Of a DNA stretch of 64,000 nucleotides, positions 26,477-35,649 are shown in pieces; within the stretch, counting starts at the first letter, position 1, and the number at the start of each line of letters is the position of its first letter. The stretch comes from a virus. The notes below the pieces were generated by a model. It saw only the letters and a list, made by a program, of their open reading frames with translations. It was not told the origin of the DNA and ran no database searches. A program made the position numbers and the translations under genes. The stretch is taken from positions 32,001-96,000 of the IMG/VR virus record IMGVR_UViG_3300047444_000617. One strand, written 5' to 3'.

Positions 26477-27025
26477 CTATCTCCACTGGTCCGGTGAGTT
26501 GCGAGGGGAGGCGGAAGGAAGCAGCTTCTTCAGCCGCTCGGAGCGCACCGGGTCGATGTCCGCCATGACCTCGGCCACGCCGTACTTCTCCTGCAAGGCG
26601 CCCATCTCCGCCGGGGACAGGGCTGCGTTCTTGCCCATATGCGCCAGGCGCTCGGTGACGTCACCCTTCTGCGTCCACTTCAGGCCCCGGGCCTGGTAGA
26701 CCAGCCCGGCCTGTGGGTTGACCCCGCCGACGTCCGGCCACTCGTAGTCCGAGTTGTCGATCTTGTCGCCCTTGTGGACGCCCCTTTGGTAACTCCGCTC
26801 GGTCAGGCGCTTTTGCACGCCCTGCAGGACTCGGTCCTGCCTGCGGTCGTTGATCGTTCCGAGGTAGCCGTCGGGGTACTCCGCCGAGGGGACGCGTGCC
26901 CCCATGCCAGCGCGCCGGGCGTCCAGTGAGTCGCGGAAGTTCAGGGCGTCGGTTCCCGCCCCGCCGTTCGCGCGCACTATGGAGCCCGGCTGTCCATCGG
27001 CCAAGTACTGCCAGTTGCTGGACAC
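26477..27025 (-). CDS. Hypothetical protein
   Basis: YPDGYLGTI...RSYQRGVHKG conserved-looking motif. Confidence 0.7.
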   Translation of the reverse strand: MSSNWQYLADGQPGSIVRANGGAGTDALNFRDSLDARRAGMGARVPSAEYPDGYLGTINDRRQDRVLQGVQKRLTERSYQRGVHKGDKIDNSDYEWPDVGGVNPQAGLVYQARGLKWTQKGDVTERLAHMGKNAALSPAEMGALQEKYGVAEVMADIDPVRSERLKKLLPSASPRNSPDQWR

Positions 27026-27043
27026 TGCTGCCTACTTACTGGG

Positions 27044-27382
27044 TTACGCGCCCTGGCCGTACTGGCGCTTGAGCCAGAAGTCCCGGTTGCCGACGGCGGA
27101 GGGGACGGTCACGGTGTTGCGCTGGACGTCGTTCGCGCAGGCCGCGTTCGCCTCGTACAGGACGGCGGTCGGGTGCAGGGAGGCGCCGTTGCGCTCCAGG
27201 ATGTTCGGGCGGTGGGCGGCCGTGGCCGACTCCAGGAAGCCGCCCTTGGCCTGGTTCTTCTTCGGCACCGACCGGCCCTTGATCGGCTTGGCCACGTTGC
27301 CGACGTTGGACGCCGAGGTGCCCATGGTCGGACGCAGCGACGGGTTGTCCGTCGTCACGTTGCTGTTCTTGTTCTTCGCCAC
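27044..27382 (-). CDS. Hypothetical protein
   Basis: AAGGAG RBS, GTG 27382. Confidence 0.65.
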   Translation of the reverse strand: MAKNKNSNVTTDNPSLRPTMGTSASNVGNVAKPIKGRSVPKKNQAKGGFLESATAAHRPNILERNGASLHPTAVLYEANAACANDVQRNTVTVPSAVGNRDFWLKRQYGQGA

Positions 27383-27392
27383 TGCAGGCTCC

Positions 27393-27659
27393 TTAGCCGC
27401 CGATGGTTCGGTACGGGTTCTTGTCGATCCACAGCCGCTGGTCGTAGGTGTTCGACGAGGAGCCGTTCTGCGAAGGGGCGGAGCCGCCACCGATGCGCTT
27501 GCGTTCGTAGTCGTCGCTCGACAGACCGTTGCTGGATCCGCGCACCTGCGTCTCATCGAAAACCGAGGTCGGCGTGAAGTGGGTCTGCGCCGTCGGGTAC
27601 TTCGTTTCCATTGCTCCGGAAGAAAAGGACCCATTTCGTCCGCTCGACACGCCGTTCAT
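27393..27659 (-). CDS. Ser/Gly-rich hypothetical protein
   Basis: GGAGG RBS. Confidence 0.6.
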   Translation of the reverse strand: MNGVSSGRNGSFSSGAMETKYPTAQTHFTPTSVFDETQVRGSSNGLSSDDYERKRIGGGSAPSQNGSSSNTYDQRLWIDKNPYRTIGG

Positions 27660-27717
27660 TTTCCCTCCACAGGATCATTCCAAGTGTAAAGACGGGAGCG
27701 CAGCGGATTGGAACTGA

Positions 27718-28017
27718 TCAGTGGACGAGGATCCGCAGAAGCAGGGCGCTGATTTCCCCCGCGTCCGGTGTGGTCACCGTGGTGAAACCGGGTCGGCAGT
27801 CGAGGACGATTCCCCTCGGAGCCACGAAACTGTTCGCGATGGCGATAGCCTTCATGGCCTGGTTTACCGCGCCTGCACCGATGGCCCGCAGGGTCACCCG
27901 CTTACCGTCGTAGACGGCGTGCGAGATGGCGCTGGCCAGGCTGGCGGCGGACGACGAACTCTTCACCCGGAGGATAGCCTCGTTACTGGCTACCTCGTCG
28001 TCGAACTGAACTCCCAT
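27718..28017 (-). CDS. spoVS: SpoVS-family protein (Alba-like nucleic-acid-binding fold)
   Basis: LRVKSSS...LASAI...RAIGAGAVNQAMKAIAIANSFVAPRG...C.PGF matches the SpoVS signature AIGAGAxNQAxKAxAIA. Confidence 0.88.
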   Translation of the reverse strand: MGVQFDDEVASNEAILRVKSSSSAASLASAISHAVYDGKRVTLRAIGAGAVNQAMKAIAIANSFVAPRGIVLDCRPGFTTVTTPDAGEISALLLRILVH

Positions 28018-28089
28018 TGGTGTCTCCTGTTGCTCCGATTTGCGTCACAAATCGAGAATACGGAGCAGCAGGATTCTTGTGTTAATGAC

Positions 28090-28128
28090 AGCAGGCCCCG
28101 GGGCTCTATCCCCACCCGGGGCCTGCTG
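28090..28128 (-). terminator. Hairpin terminator
   Basis: CAGCAGGCCCCGGG / CCCGGGGCCTGCTG. Confidence 0.6.
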
Positions 28129-28140
28129 CGTATTTAGTTG

Positions 28141-28488
28141 TTACTCTTCAGGAGCCTTGGGGTATACGAGGTCGAGGAACGTGCCGACCTTCATGGTCGC
28201 GTACTGCTCGCGGGGGTCTGTGACCCCGCGCTTCTTGTGGAAGACCACCCCGTGAGGCACGCCCGCGTTCTCGGCCTCGACGGTGGCCTCCTTCAACCAG
28301 CCGGACAGGCTCATGGCCTTCTCGTTCTTCGCCTCGATGACGAAGCGGCCCTCGCCGGGGACGTAGAAGTCGCCCTTGTCGGCCGCGCCGTTCAGCACCC
28401 GGCGCTCGGCCAGGGGCTGCTTGGCCTTGATGGCCGGGAGCAGGCTGGTCTCGAACGAGGTGCCCTTCTGCTTGGACTTGTTCGTCAC
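28141..28488 (-). CDS. Holliday junction resolvase (Hjc-like PD-(D/E)XK)
   Basis: NKSKQKGTSFE...DKGD...IEAKN. Confidence 0.8.
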   Translation of the reverse strand: MTNKSKQKGTSFETSLLPAIKAKQPLAERRVLNGAADKGDFYVPGEGRFVIEAKNEKAMSLSGWLKEATVEAENAGVPHGVVFHKKRGVTDPREQYATMKVGTFLDLVYPKAPEE

Positions 28489-28835
28489 CGGTCGTACTCC
28501 CGATCACCGTAGAGAGGCATGCGGACACCCTCGGGGATGAGTCCGTGCTCGGGCTTGTCCACCAGAACCCCTCGCACCGACCAGTAGCAGTTGTCCATCG
28601 GGGCGAAGGTCCGGCTGTGGAAATCGCGCAGCACCACGGTGTCGACGTGGTGGTAGTGGATGGTCGGCGGGATGAGCCAGTCCGTGGTGTCATTCCCGTG
28701 CCGGTCCAGCATCTCGTTCAGCGCCGCGATCTTCTCCTCGGGAGCGGGGTGGCCCTTGTGGACCCAACCCACTGCGTACCCCTTGGTGGATCCGCCGTTG
28801 GCGATGCCCTTGTACGCGGTCATGTATCCGTCCAC
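28485..28835 (-). CDS. Hypothetical protein
   Basis: Coupled ORF. Confidence 0.6.
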   Translation of the reverse strand: MDGYMTAYKGIANGGSTKGYAVGWVHKGHPAPEEKIAALNEMLDRHGNDTTDWLIPPTIHYHHVDTVVLRDFHSRTFAPMDNCYWSVRGVLVDKPEHGLIPEGVRMPLYGDREYDR

Positions 28836-28838
28836 CGC

Positions 28839-29441
28839 TCAGGCCTGGGCCAGGATCTCGTGCACCTTGGTATGAAGGTCCTGGAGGTCCCCGTCGTTGA
28901 CCAGGTGGGAGTCGAACCACTTGTCGGGCAGTTCCTTCTCCGACTTGTGGTCGTTGACGGCGCCGTAGCCGGGCCGGGTGATCTTGATTAGCAAGCCCAA
29001 GCGAGAGTCGATGGCCTGGTGCTCGTTCTCGAACCGCAGGTCGGTGAAGACGTAGCGCTTGCTCTTGTCCAGGCCCTTAAATGCGGCCTCGACCCACACG
29101 TCCTGGCTGATCATCTCCCGGCCGACCTCGGTGCCCAGCACCTGCAGCATGCGGCGGATCTCGTCGTAGGTGCGCTTGGCGTCCTCCCAGCCGATCTCGT
29201 CCACGATCTCCTGCAGCCGGAAGTCCCGGCCGTAGGAGTCGGACAGGATGACGGGGTTGAGGACGTACAGGGCCTCGCGGAGGGTATCGGCGAAGGCGAC
29301 TCGCTCGTACCCGTACTCGGTCAGGATCCGGGCGACGGCGTCCTTGCCGGTTCCGGGGTATCCGTGGAGGCCGATGAAGCCGGGCAGCCACTCCAGGATG
29401 ACCTGGGGAAGCCTGTCGGTGGGGGAAAGCGTGGTGCTCAC
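28839..29441 (-). CDS. Deoxynucleoside monophosphate kinase
   Basis: IGLHGYPGTGKD P-loop, FADTLRE, RRMLQVLGTEVGR, TDLRFENE, HKSE. Confidence 0.88.
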   Translation of the reverse strand: MSTTLSPTDRLPQVILEWLPGFIGLHGYPGTGKDAVARILTEYGYERVAFADTLREALYVLNPVILSDSYGRDFRLQEIVDEIGWEDAKRTYDEIRRMLQVLGTEVGREMISQDVWVEAAFKGLDKSKRYVFTDLRFENEHQAIDSRLGLLIKITRPGYGAVNDHKSEKELPDKWFDSHLVNDGDLQDLHTKVHEILAQA

Positions 29442-29818
29442 TTGGTCTGGTCCTCTACTTCGATGGTGGTTGCGAGGGTGTTGTCCCTGATGTACTCGAC
29501 CATCAAGGGGATGGTCCACAGAGCCCGCCGGGCGGCGACGACCTGCTCGTTGCGCCGCTTCTCCATGCGCTGCAGGGTTTCGAACTGGCCCTTCCAGCGG
29601 CCGGTCATCCAGTCCGTCTGGGCGATCAGCGGGGTGACCTTGTCGATGAGGTTCCGGGCCTGGTCCTCCGTACTCCACCGCCGCTTCCGCTCGGCGATGA
29701 GTTCGTCGGTGGTGCGGTCGAGTTCGGCGCGCACGGCGATCAGCGCGTGGGCGGTGTACAGGAGGAGCCCGACGAATACGGCGGCGATCACCAGCGCGGT
29801 GATGGTTCCGGCGCTCAT
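29438..29818 (-). CDS. Membrane-anchored coiled-coil protein
   Basis: N-terminal TM; ATGA coupling. Confidence 0.6.
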   Translation of the reverse strand: MSAGTITALVIAAVFVGLLLYTAHALIAVRAELDRTTDELIAERKRRWSTEDQARNLIDKVTPLIAQTDWMTGRWKGQFETLQRMEKRRNEQVVAARRALWTIPLMVEYIRDNTLATTIEVEDQTK

Positions 29819-29994
29819 CGGTGCATCAGGCACCGCGCGGGCACATCCTTGACGGGCTGCCAGGACCACCAGGAGCAGGGGGCGGAGGTGCGTATCCACA
29901 CGCCCCCCACGAGGAGCGCACCGAGCGCGAGGCCCACCAGCGCACACGTTACGTAGAAGGGCAGTTCTCGGCGGAGTCTGCGGAAGCGGTTCAC
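29815..29994 (-). CDS. Small membrane protein
   Basis: GTGA coupling; one TM. Confidence 0.55.
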   Translation of the reverse strand: MNRFRRLRRELPFYVTCALVGLALGALLVGGVWIRTSAPCSWWSWQPVKDVPARCLMHR

Positions 29995-30695
29995 GGGGCG
30001 ACCCTTCCCCAGCCCACGAAGGCCTGGTATGTCAGCGGGAAGTACTCGGCGAAGGCGGCTTCCATCTCCAGCGCCACCTTCTCGATCTCGTACTGCGGGA
30101 AAGAGGCGAAATGGGCGCCGGGGTTCTTGGTGCGCAGGGACAGGAAGTGCATCAGCGAGCGCGGGTTGCAGGTGGCGTAGAACGCGGTGTAGGTGCCGAC
30201 CGGCAGTACGTTGCGTGCGACCTCCTTGGCCACGCCCGCCTTCAGCATGCGTTGGTAGGAGGACCACGCGGCGCGGTAGACGCTCTCGTGCTCCCAGCGC
30301 GTGATGCCGAAGTGCTCGTGGGTGCCGGGGACGAACGTGTACTGGCCTGGCTTGCCCTCCTGCACCAGCGGGCGGTCGTGCGTCGGGACGTAGAAGTGAG
30401 GCTCCAGTTCCCGGTACCTGCCGGAGGTCTCGTTGTAAGACCACCCGGCCCTGTGCCTCATGAACTCCCGAGCCACGAAGATCGGGGCCTCGATGAGGAA
30501 CGACAGCGAGCCGTGCTCGAAGGGGCTGCCGTGCCGGTTCTCCATGAGGTAGTTGATCAGGCCCCCGGCCTCCCCCGACTCCGCCGCAGCGGAGCCGAGG
30601 GTGGACACGCGAGCCGCCTGGCAGATCTTCGCGTCGGACCCGGCCAGGTTGTCCAGGTCGAGCGTCGCGGAGAGGTCTGAGCGGAGGGTGGTCAC
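29991..30695 (-). CDS. thyX: FAD-dependent thymidylate synthase
   Basis: AARVS, HGSPFEH, RHRAGWSYNETSGRY ThyX motif, ARNVLP. Confidence 0.95.
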   Translation of the reverse strand: MTTLRSDLSATLDLDNLAGSDAKICQAARVSTLGSAAAESGEAGGLINYLMENRHGSPFEHGSLSFLIEAPIFVAREFMRHRAGWSYNETSGRYRELEPHFYVPTHDRPLVQEGKPGQYTFVPGTHEHFGITRWEHESVYRAAWSSYQRMLKAGVAKEVARNVLPVGTYTAFYATCNPRSLMHFLSLRTKNPGAHFASFPQYEIEKVALEMEAAFAEYFPLTYQAFVGWGRVAP

Positions 30696-31402
30696 TTGGA
30701 CTTCACCACCGACTTCGGCGACTCGTCGTTCTTGAGGGTGGCCTTGAAGTAGGTACCGGCCGCGTCGTGGTAGACGACGACACCCTCGGGGTCCATGAAG
30801 CCCGGCGCGATCAGGGAGCCCTCGGACTCCAACGTATGAAGCGCCTCGTCGACTGCTTCGTTCAGCCACTTGCCGTCGATGACGGAAATGACCGGCACCA
30901 CGGTGACGATATCCGGGGCGGGCTTGGCCTTGGGGAAGGTCTGCAGGTAGTGCTCGGTGATCTCCGGGTCGTTCGAGTCGTACCAGCGCTGGGTGTTGAA
31001 CAGGGCGAAGCGCTTCTCGTCGAGCCCGTAGCCGGACTGGATGCCCTGGCCGAACCACTCGCCGTAGTGCTTGCCCTCGCCGAGCCCGGCCAAAGCGACG
31101 GCGTTCTCCCACACCCACGCAGCGAACTGGAAGTTGTCGTTGCCGGGGGTGAGCCAGCGGTTCCGGCTGCCCGCCCGGACGATGAAGCGCTCGTAGCGGT
31201 TGTCGGTCTCGTTGAACAGCGTGACACCGACTCCGGTCGTACCCTCCAGGTACTGGGGGTCCATCAGGGGGACGGCGTCGGGGAGCCGGGTGACCTCGAT
31301 CAGGCCGTTGGTGCCGTTGATCTTCTCGGTGATGACCACACGGCGGTGCAGTCGCGGGATGGGCCGGAACTTCGGGTAGTCGCTCGCCTTGAGGACGGTC
31401 AT
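30692..31402 (-). CDS. RNA ligase (Rnl2-like nucleotidyltransferase domain)
   Basis: TEKINGTN (motif I), GSRNR, YGEW.G.GIQ, FALFN, PEGVVV, K..K. Confidence 0.8.
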   Translation of the reverse strand: MTVLKASDYPKFRPIPRLHRRVVITEKINGTNGLIEVTRLPDAVPLMDPQYLEGTTGVGVTLFNETDNRYERFIVRAGSRNRWLTPGNDNFQFAAWVWENAVALAGLGEGKHYGEWFGQGIQSGYGLDEKRFALFNTQRWYDSNDPEITEHYLQTFPKAKPAPDIVTVVPVISVIDGKWLNEAVDEALHTLESEGSLIAPGFMDPEGVVVYHDAAGTYFKATLKNDESPKSVVKSK

Positions 31403-31408
31403 GTGGTG

Positions 31409-31831
31409 TTAGTCCCTTTCGTGGGCCGAGTATGCGCTGAGTGGGATGCCGTAGCGGGGGCCGTCGTCCGTCTCGATGAGTCGTACTGTAGTTACCGCTT
31501 CTTTCTTACCGATACGAAACACTATCTCGCGGCGGTTGTCAACGTATTCGAACCACTCCGCAATGTGACCCACGGCCTCCCACTCGAAGGCGTCGTACAT
31601 CACCAGCCCGTCCTGGACGGCCGACTGCTCGCTGATGCCCGTGTGCTGGTAGAGCCGCAGCATGTAGTCCAGCCGCCCCGCCAGGAAGCCGCGACCGCGC
31701 CGGTCGACGTACACCGGCACCTTGTGGTTGCTCAGGCAGGTGCGAGGAGCCCCGGTGGACCACTCCTCGCGCCACGTCCATGGCGGGCGGGGCTGCATGA
31801 GACGGGTCACCTTGCGCTGTACGAGCCTCAT
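31409..31831 (-). CDS. Hypothetical protein
   Basis: ATGA coupling. Confidence 0.6.
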   Translation of the reverse strand: MRLVQRKVTRLMQPRPPWTWREEWSTGAPRTCLSNHKVPVYVDRRGRGFLAGRLDYMLRLYQHTGISEQSAVQDGLVMYDAFEWEAVGHIAEWFEYVDNRREIVFRIGKKEAVTTVRLIETDDGPRYGIPLSAYSAHERD

Positions 31832-32028
31832 GAGCCCTCCGAACGAAGAAGGACGACGACGGGGCCGTAGTTTCCAGCGACCTTCGTCCAGGACTTTGGG
31901 CCACCATGACCATCCATGCGCACCCAGTAGCAACCGAGGTTGGCCCACTGGACACCGTTACAGGTGCTCTGTACTACCGAGCCCGCCGGGGGTGCTGGGT
32001 CTGCGGACGTAAGCGTCGGGCGCTTCAC
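31828..32028 (-). CDS. Hypothetical protein
   Basis: Coupled at both ends. Confidence 0.45.
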   Translation of the reverse strand: MKRPTLTSADPAPPAGSVVQSTCNGVQWANLGCYWVRMDGHGGPKSWTKVAGNYGPVVVLLRSEGS

Positions 32029-32534
32029 GCGCTCATCCGTCCTGCGCGCGCCTCACGGTCCCCCCGGCCGACCCGCCGGGTCAGTTCACGGCTCAGGAGC
32101 GTGTTCTTCCGCTCGGCGGAGTCATGGACGGCCTGCAGGAGTTTGCGGTACGCGTAGGCCCGGGTCTTGGCCTCCTGGGCCTCCAGGTACTCCGGGTCCT
32201 CGTACGCCCGAGCGCGGGCGGCCGTCACTGTCTTCTCGGAGGCGTTCCTGACGGCGGATAGGGCCTTATGCCTTTCGAGTGTGTCGACGGTGGACTTTTC
32301 GTCCACCTCCGCTGCCGCCAGCCGGGAGCCTGTGTACTCCACCCACGCCGTCGTCCTGGTGAACAGCGTCATCAACTCGCTGTCGCTTAGCGCGGTGGGA
32401 TCCTCCGGCAGTTCGGGCACGTCGCCGTCCGGCTTCGGGGGCAGTGGCAGGTCCTCCCTGGCCAACTGCCGGGTCGCTCTCTCGCTGGGCGTCTGTACCG
32501 CTTCCCAGCCCTTGCGCACTACCGCTCGTGTCAT
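32025..32534 (-). CDS. Helical coiled-coil protein (possible recombination mediator, UvsY-like)
   Basis: Helical; ends LLSRELTRR; next to exonuclease and RecA. Confidence 0.55.
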   Translation of the reverse strand: MTRAVVRKGWEAVQTPSERATRQLAREDLPLPPKPDGDVPELPEDPTALSDSELMTLFTRTTAWVEYTGSRLAAAEVDEKSTVDTLERHKALSAVRNASEKTVTAARARAYEDPEYLEAQEAKTRAYAYRKLLQAVHDSAERKNTLLSRELTRRVGRGDREARAGRMSA

Positions 32535-33534
32535 TGGTGGTGGTCTCCCAGCAGGCGTTGAAGAACGGACATTCCTTGCAGGTCTTCTTGTCCTGGCCGC
32601 AGAAGTCCGGTCGTGGTGGTGGCTTGCCCTTCTTCAGGGCGTATTTGATGTCGAGCGCGGAATCCAGCAGCGGCTCGGAGATCTCCGAGTTGTACTTGAC
32701 GACGAACTCCTTGGTCGCCTGAGTCGCCTTGTACTCGTAGAGGAAGATCACCTGGTCGAACGGCAGGCCCATCTCCTTGCACAGCGCGAGATAGATCTGG
32801 GTCTGCCGGATGTGGCTGCCGAACGGACGGCGAAGCGCCTTCCACAGCCCGTCGGTGTCGATGACGGTCTTGCCGTCCTCGGTCTTCACGGTGAACTGCC
32901 GCAGCAGCTTGGGGTCATCGAAGCGGACGGTGCCGTTGCCTATGGACTTGATCTCGACAAGGGCGTTCAGGTCCTCTACGGCCCCGTCCTCGTGTCCCGC
33001 GATGAGGTACTTCTCCTCGGCCTCCAGGGGCACCTCGTGGTAGTCGAGAGCGAACCTGCTCACGTCTCCGTAGCCGTCGAGCGCGTTGTAGCAGTTGGCA
33101 CATGTCGGCTGCCCGCCGGTGCCGAGCCAGGCGTGCCCGCACAGACGGCACACCCACTTGCCATACAGCCGCCCCATGTCCTGCAGCCACTTCTGCCACT
33201 TCGCGTGGATCATGTGGCCCTCGGCAAAGACCCCCTCCAACTGTGCGGAGAAGTTCCGGCTCTTCTCGGGGGAAACCCCCGCCAGCCTGTAGTAGGTCTG
33301 ACGGGGGCACCAGTCGCTCTTGGCCATCTCGGAGGGGTGGATGATGTCCTGCCGCCGGTCGGTCGGCTTGTCGTGCTCGGAGAGCAGGTGCTTGTGGATG
33401 TCACCCAGCAGCAGCGAGGAGGTCTTCTTCGTCTCCGCCAGGCTCGCCATCCTCCCCGTCGGCTTCGTCGTCGTCGTAGTCCGACGGGATGCGGTCCGGC
33501 CAGACGGCTTCGAGGTCTTCCCGGCTCGGGGCAC
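32266..33534 (-). CDS. Cas4/RecB-family PD-(D/E)XK exonuclease with Fe-S Cys ligands
   Basis: HPSE..WCPRQ, G..H, GHEDG, EIKS, Q.QIY, C....CKECPF...C. Confidence 0.82.
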   Translation of the reverse strand: MPRAGKTSKPSGRTASRRTTTTTKPTGRMASLAETKKTSSLLLGDIHKHLLSEHDKPTDRRQDIIHPSEMAKSDWCPRQTYYRLAGVSPEKSRNFSAQLEGVFAEGHMIHAKWQKWLQDMGRLYGKWVCRLCGHAWLGTGGQPTCANCYNALDGYGDVSRFALDYHEVPLEAEEKYLIAGHEDGAVEDLNALVEIKSIGNGTVRFDDPKLLRQFTVKTEDGKTVIDTDGLWKALRRPFGSHIRQTQIYLALCKEMGLPFDQVIFLYEYKATQATKEFVVKYNSEISEPLLDSALDIKYALKKGKPPPRPDFCGQDKKTCKECPFFNACWETTTNDTSGSAQGLGSGTDAQRESDPAVGQGGPATAPEAGRRRARTAGGSHRAKRQRVDDAVHQDDGVGGVHRLPAGGSGGGRKVHRRHTRKA

Positions 33535-33838
33535 TTGCGAATCTCCAGTCCTTCTTGGGTACGAACCTCCGGATGTAGGCCCGTTCCAGGACGCTCAGAC
33601 CGCCCCAGATTCCGTAGTGCTCGTTGTTGACGAGCGCGAACTTCAGGCACTGTTCTCGCAGCGGGCACACCCGGTCGGTATAGGTGCCGTTGCAAACGTG
33701 CTTGGCCTGCGACCGGCTTCCTGTGCCGTCTCCGAAGAAGTCGTCGTGGTCCCTGGTCGGCCGGAACTTCCGGCAGGAGGCCTCCTTTTCAGGCTTGCCT
33801 CCGCCATCCCACTCCGGTGCATTGATACGCAGGTGCAT
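33401..33838 (-). CDS. whiB: WhiB-family transcription factor
   Basis: C...FF...AK.VC...CPLREQCLKFAL...YGIWGGLS..ER. Confidence 0.9.
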   Translation of the reverse strand: MHLRINAPEWDGGGKPEKEASCRKFRPTRDHDDFFGDGTGSRSQAKHVCNGTYTDRVCPLREQCLKFALVNNEHYGIWGGLSVLERAYIRRFVPKKDWRFASAPSREDLEAVWPDRIPSDYDDDEADGEDGEPGGDEEDLLAAAG

Positions 33839-34182
33839 TACCACGGCAGGATCTCCTCGGCTTCCGCACTCGGGTGCGCCAAGGTATGAAGCGCGAGAAA
33901 TGTCTCTTCGGACATCGTGATCCAGTTCCTTCCACTGGCCATCTGAGTGCCGAAGAGCATTTCCCTGCCGTCGATCAGGGCCTGCTTCTCTGCGGTTATC
34001 AGTTCTTTGTCCTTCAGGGAGTACGAGCCCTTGCTGGTGACTTTGTACTCGATGGAGTAGTCGGGGGTCCTGACATCGTTCTTCCGGACCCAACCATTTC
34101 CACTACCGGCGTTCACCGTCCCGCCGAGAAGTTTCGCTCCTCGCCTCTCCTGCGCCTGGCTCTTCTTCAACATGTCCGCCAT
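33838..34182 (-). CDS. PD-(D/E)XK nuclease / resolvase-like protein
   Basis: SQAQERRGAK..GG...AGSG..W..KNDV...IEYK. Confidence 0.7.
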   Translation of the reverse strand: MADMLKKSQAQERRGAKLLGGTVNAGSGNGWVRKNDVRTPDYSIEYKVTSKGSYSLKDKELITAEKQALIDGREMLFGTQMASGRNWITMSEETFLALHTLAHPSAEAEEILPW

Positions 34183-34318
34183 ATGCGGCCTCCAGGAGAT
34201 TCGCGAGGAGATTGAACTTCTCGTGGGCCCTGCCCTGGCGCCGGGAATACCGGACGCCGAGGAACAGGATGTAAACGGCCGCGACCAGCAGGAGCAGCAA
34301 GGCGATCAGGGCCACCAT
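34103..34318 (-). CDS. Small membrane protein
   Basis: TGATG coupling; MVALIALLLLLVAAVYILFLG. Confidence 0.5.
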   Translation of the reverse strand: MVALIALLLLLVAAVYILFLGVRYSRRQGRAHEKFNLLANLLEAAYGGHVEEEPGAGEARSETSRRDGERR

Positions 34319-35502
34319 CAGGCGGCCTGGGTATGAAGCCCGTCGGCTTCCTCGGCCTTGGGCCTGCGCGACACCTTCTTGGTGCCCGCGCTCTCGGCGG
34401 TCTCCAGGTCCTCCTCGGAGATGCTGCGCTCGTCGGCACGGGTGGATGCGGCCAGGACCTTCTGATAGATGCTGGCCAGCAGTTCGGGGTCCTCGCGCAG
34501 GCCGGTCAGCAGGGCGTCCTTGCCCTGCCAGCGCAGCACCGGCTTGCCCTTGGCGTCGTACTGTCCGTTGTCGATCTCGAAGAAGGCGCCCTTGCGCTGG
34601 ATGACGTCGAAGAGAATGCCCATGGTCTGGATTTCCTTGGCGGTGTCGTACGCACCGCGCGGGAAGTTCAGGTAGGGCGCCGCCCGGAAGTAGGCGTCGA
34701 TGGTGGCGATCTGCTGCGGGGCCGCCGACTTGTTCTTGATGGTCTTCACCTTGACGACCTGGCCGACATTCACCTTGCCCTTGCCGGGCCGGGCCTCCTG
34801 AATCCATTCGTCGCGCCGGACCTCGACTCTGGTGTAGAAGGCGTAGTTCTTGGCGTTTCCGCCGGGAGTCGTGGTCGGCGTGCCGTGAGGGCTGAACTTG
34901 CCGATGGCGTCGCGGTACTGGTTGATGACGATGCCCAGCATCGGGCGGTCGTCGGGGTCGGTCATGCTGCGCTTGGTCGCGGCGCCGGACTTGCGGAAGA
35001 ACTTGCCGGTGAGGCGGGCGCCGAGCGCCATGGTCGCCTCGTCCATGTCCTTGGCGGACTCCTCGTCCGGGATGAGTGCGGGGTAGGAGTCGAGCACGAT
35101 CATGTCGACGGAGCGGGAGGCGGCGAAGTCCAGCATCGTCTGGTAGGCGAACTCCATCTGCTGGGTGGGGACGACCAGGACGCGGTTGTTGTCGACGCCC
35201 AGGGCCTCGGCCTGGTCGACGTCGTAGTGCTCGGCCGCGATCCACAGGGCGCAGAAGTTCGGGTCGAGTGCCTGGTTGGCGGCCAGCGTCTTGTAGACGA
35301 TGAACGTCTTGCCGTGAGACTCCCGGCCGATCACCTCGACCCACTGATTGCCTGGCCAGCCGCCACCGAGGGCGATGTCCAGGGACAAGGAGCCGGAGGT
35401 GAAGCGCTTGGCCACCTTCATCTCCGAGGCGAAGCAGATGGCCCCGGGGATCTCCTTGTTGACCTTGGCGATGAGTGCGAGGGCTTCCTTGTTGACGGTC
35501 AC
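34318..35502 (-). CDS. recA: RecA-like recombinase
   Basis: SGSLSLDIALGGG, GRESHGKT Walker A, IVLDS Walker B, INQYR, TPGG, KNK. Confidence 0.92.
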   Translation of the reverse strand: MTVNKEALALIAKVNKEIPGAICFASEMKVAKRFTSGSLSLDIALGGGWPGNQWVEVIGRESHGKTFIVYKTLAANQALDPNFCALWIAAEHYDVDQAEALGVDNNRVLVVPTQQMEFAYQTMLDFAASRSVDMIVLDSYPALIPDEESAKDMDEATMALGARLTGKFFRKSGAATKRSMTDPDDRPMLGIVINQYRDAIGKFSPHGTPTTTPGGNAKNYAFYTRVEVRRDEWIQEARPGKGKVNVGQVVKVKTIKNKSAAPQQIATIDAYFRAAPYLNFPRGAYDTAKEIQTMGILFDVIQRKGAFFEIDNGQYDAKGKPVLRWQGKDALLTGLREDPELLASIYQKVLAASTRADERSISEEDLETAESAGTKKVSRRPKAEEADGLHTQAA

Positions 35503-35649
35503 GGGCAGCCCCCGCAGGTATGAAGTGTCATGTGGTGTTGTTTCTCCTGATCGCGTAACGCAGAACCGGTAGCCCCCATACCATATCTGGCAGGGAACTA
35601 CCGGTCCAGCGATGTATCAACTAGTCAGACGAAGATCTTTTGATCAGTG

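Noticed and set aside
32266-33534. Cas4-like gene as evidence of a CRISPR-Cas system
   Set aside because: No cas1/cas2 and no repeat-spacer array; solo Cas4-like exonucleases are common in phage recombination modules
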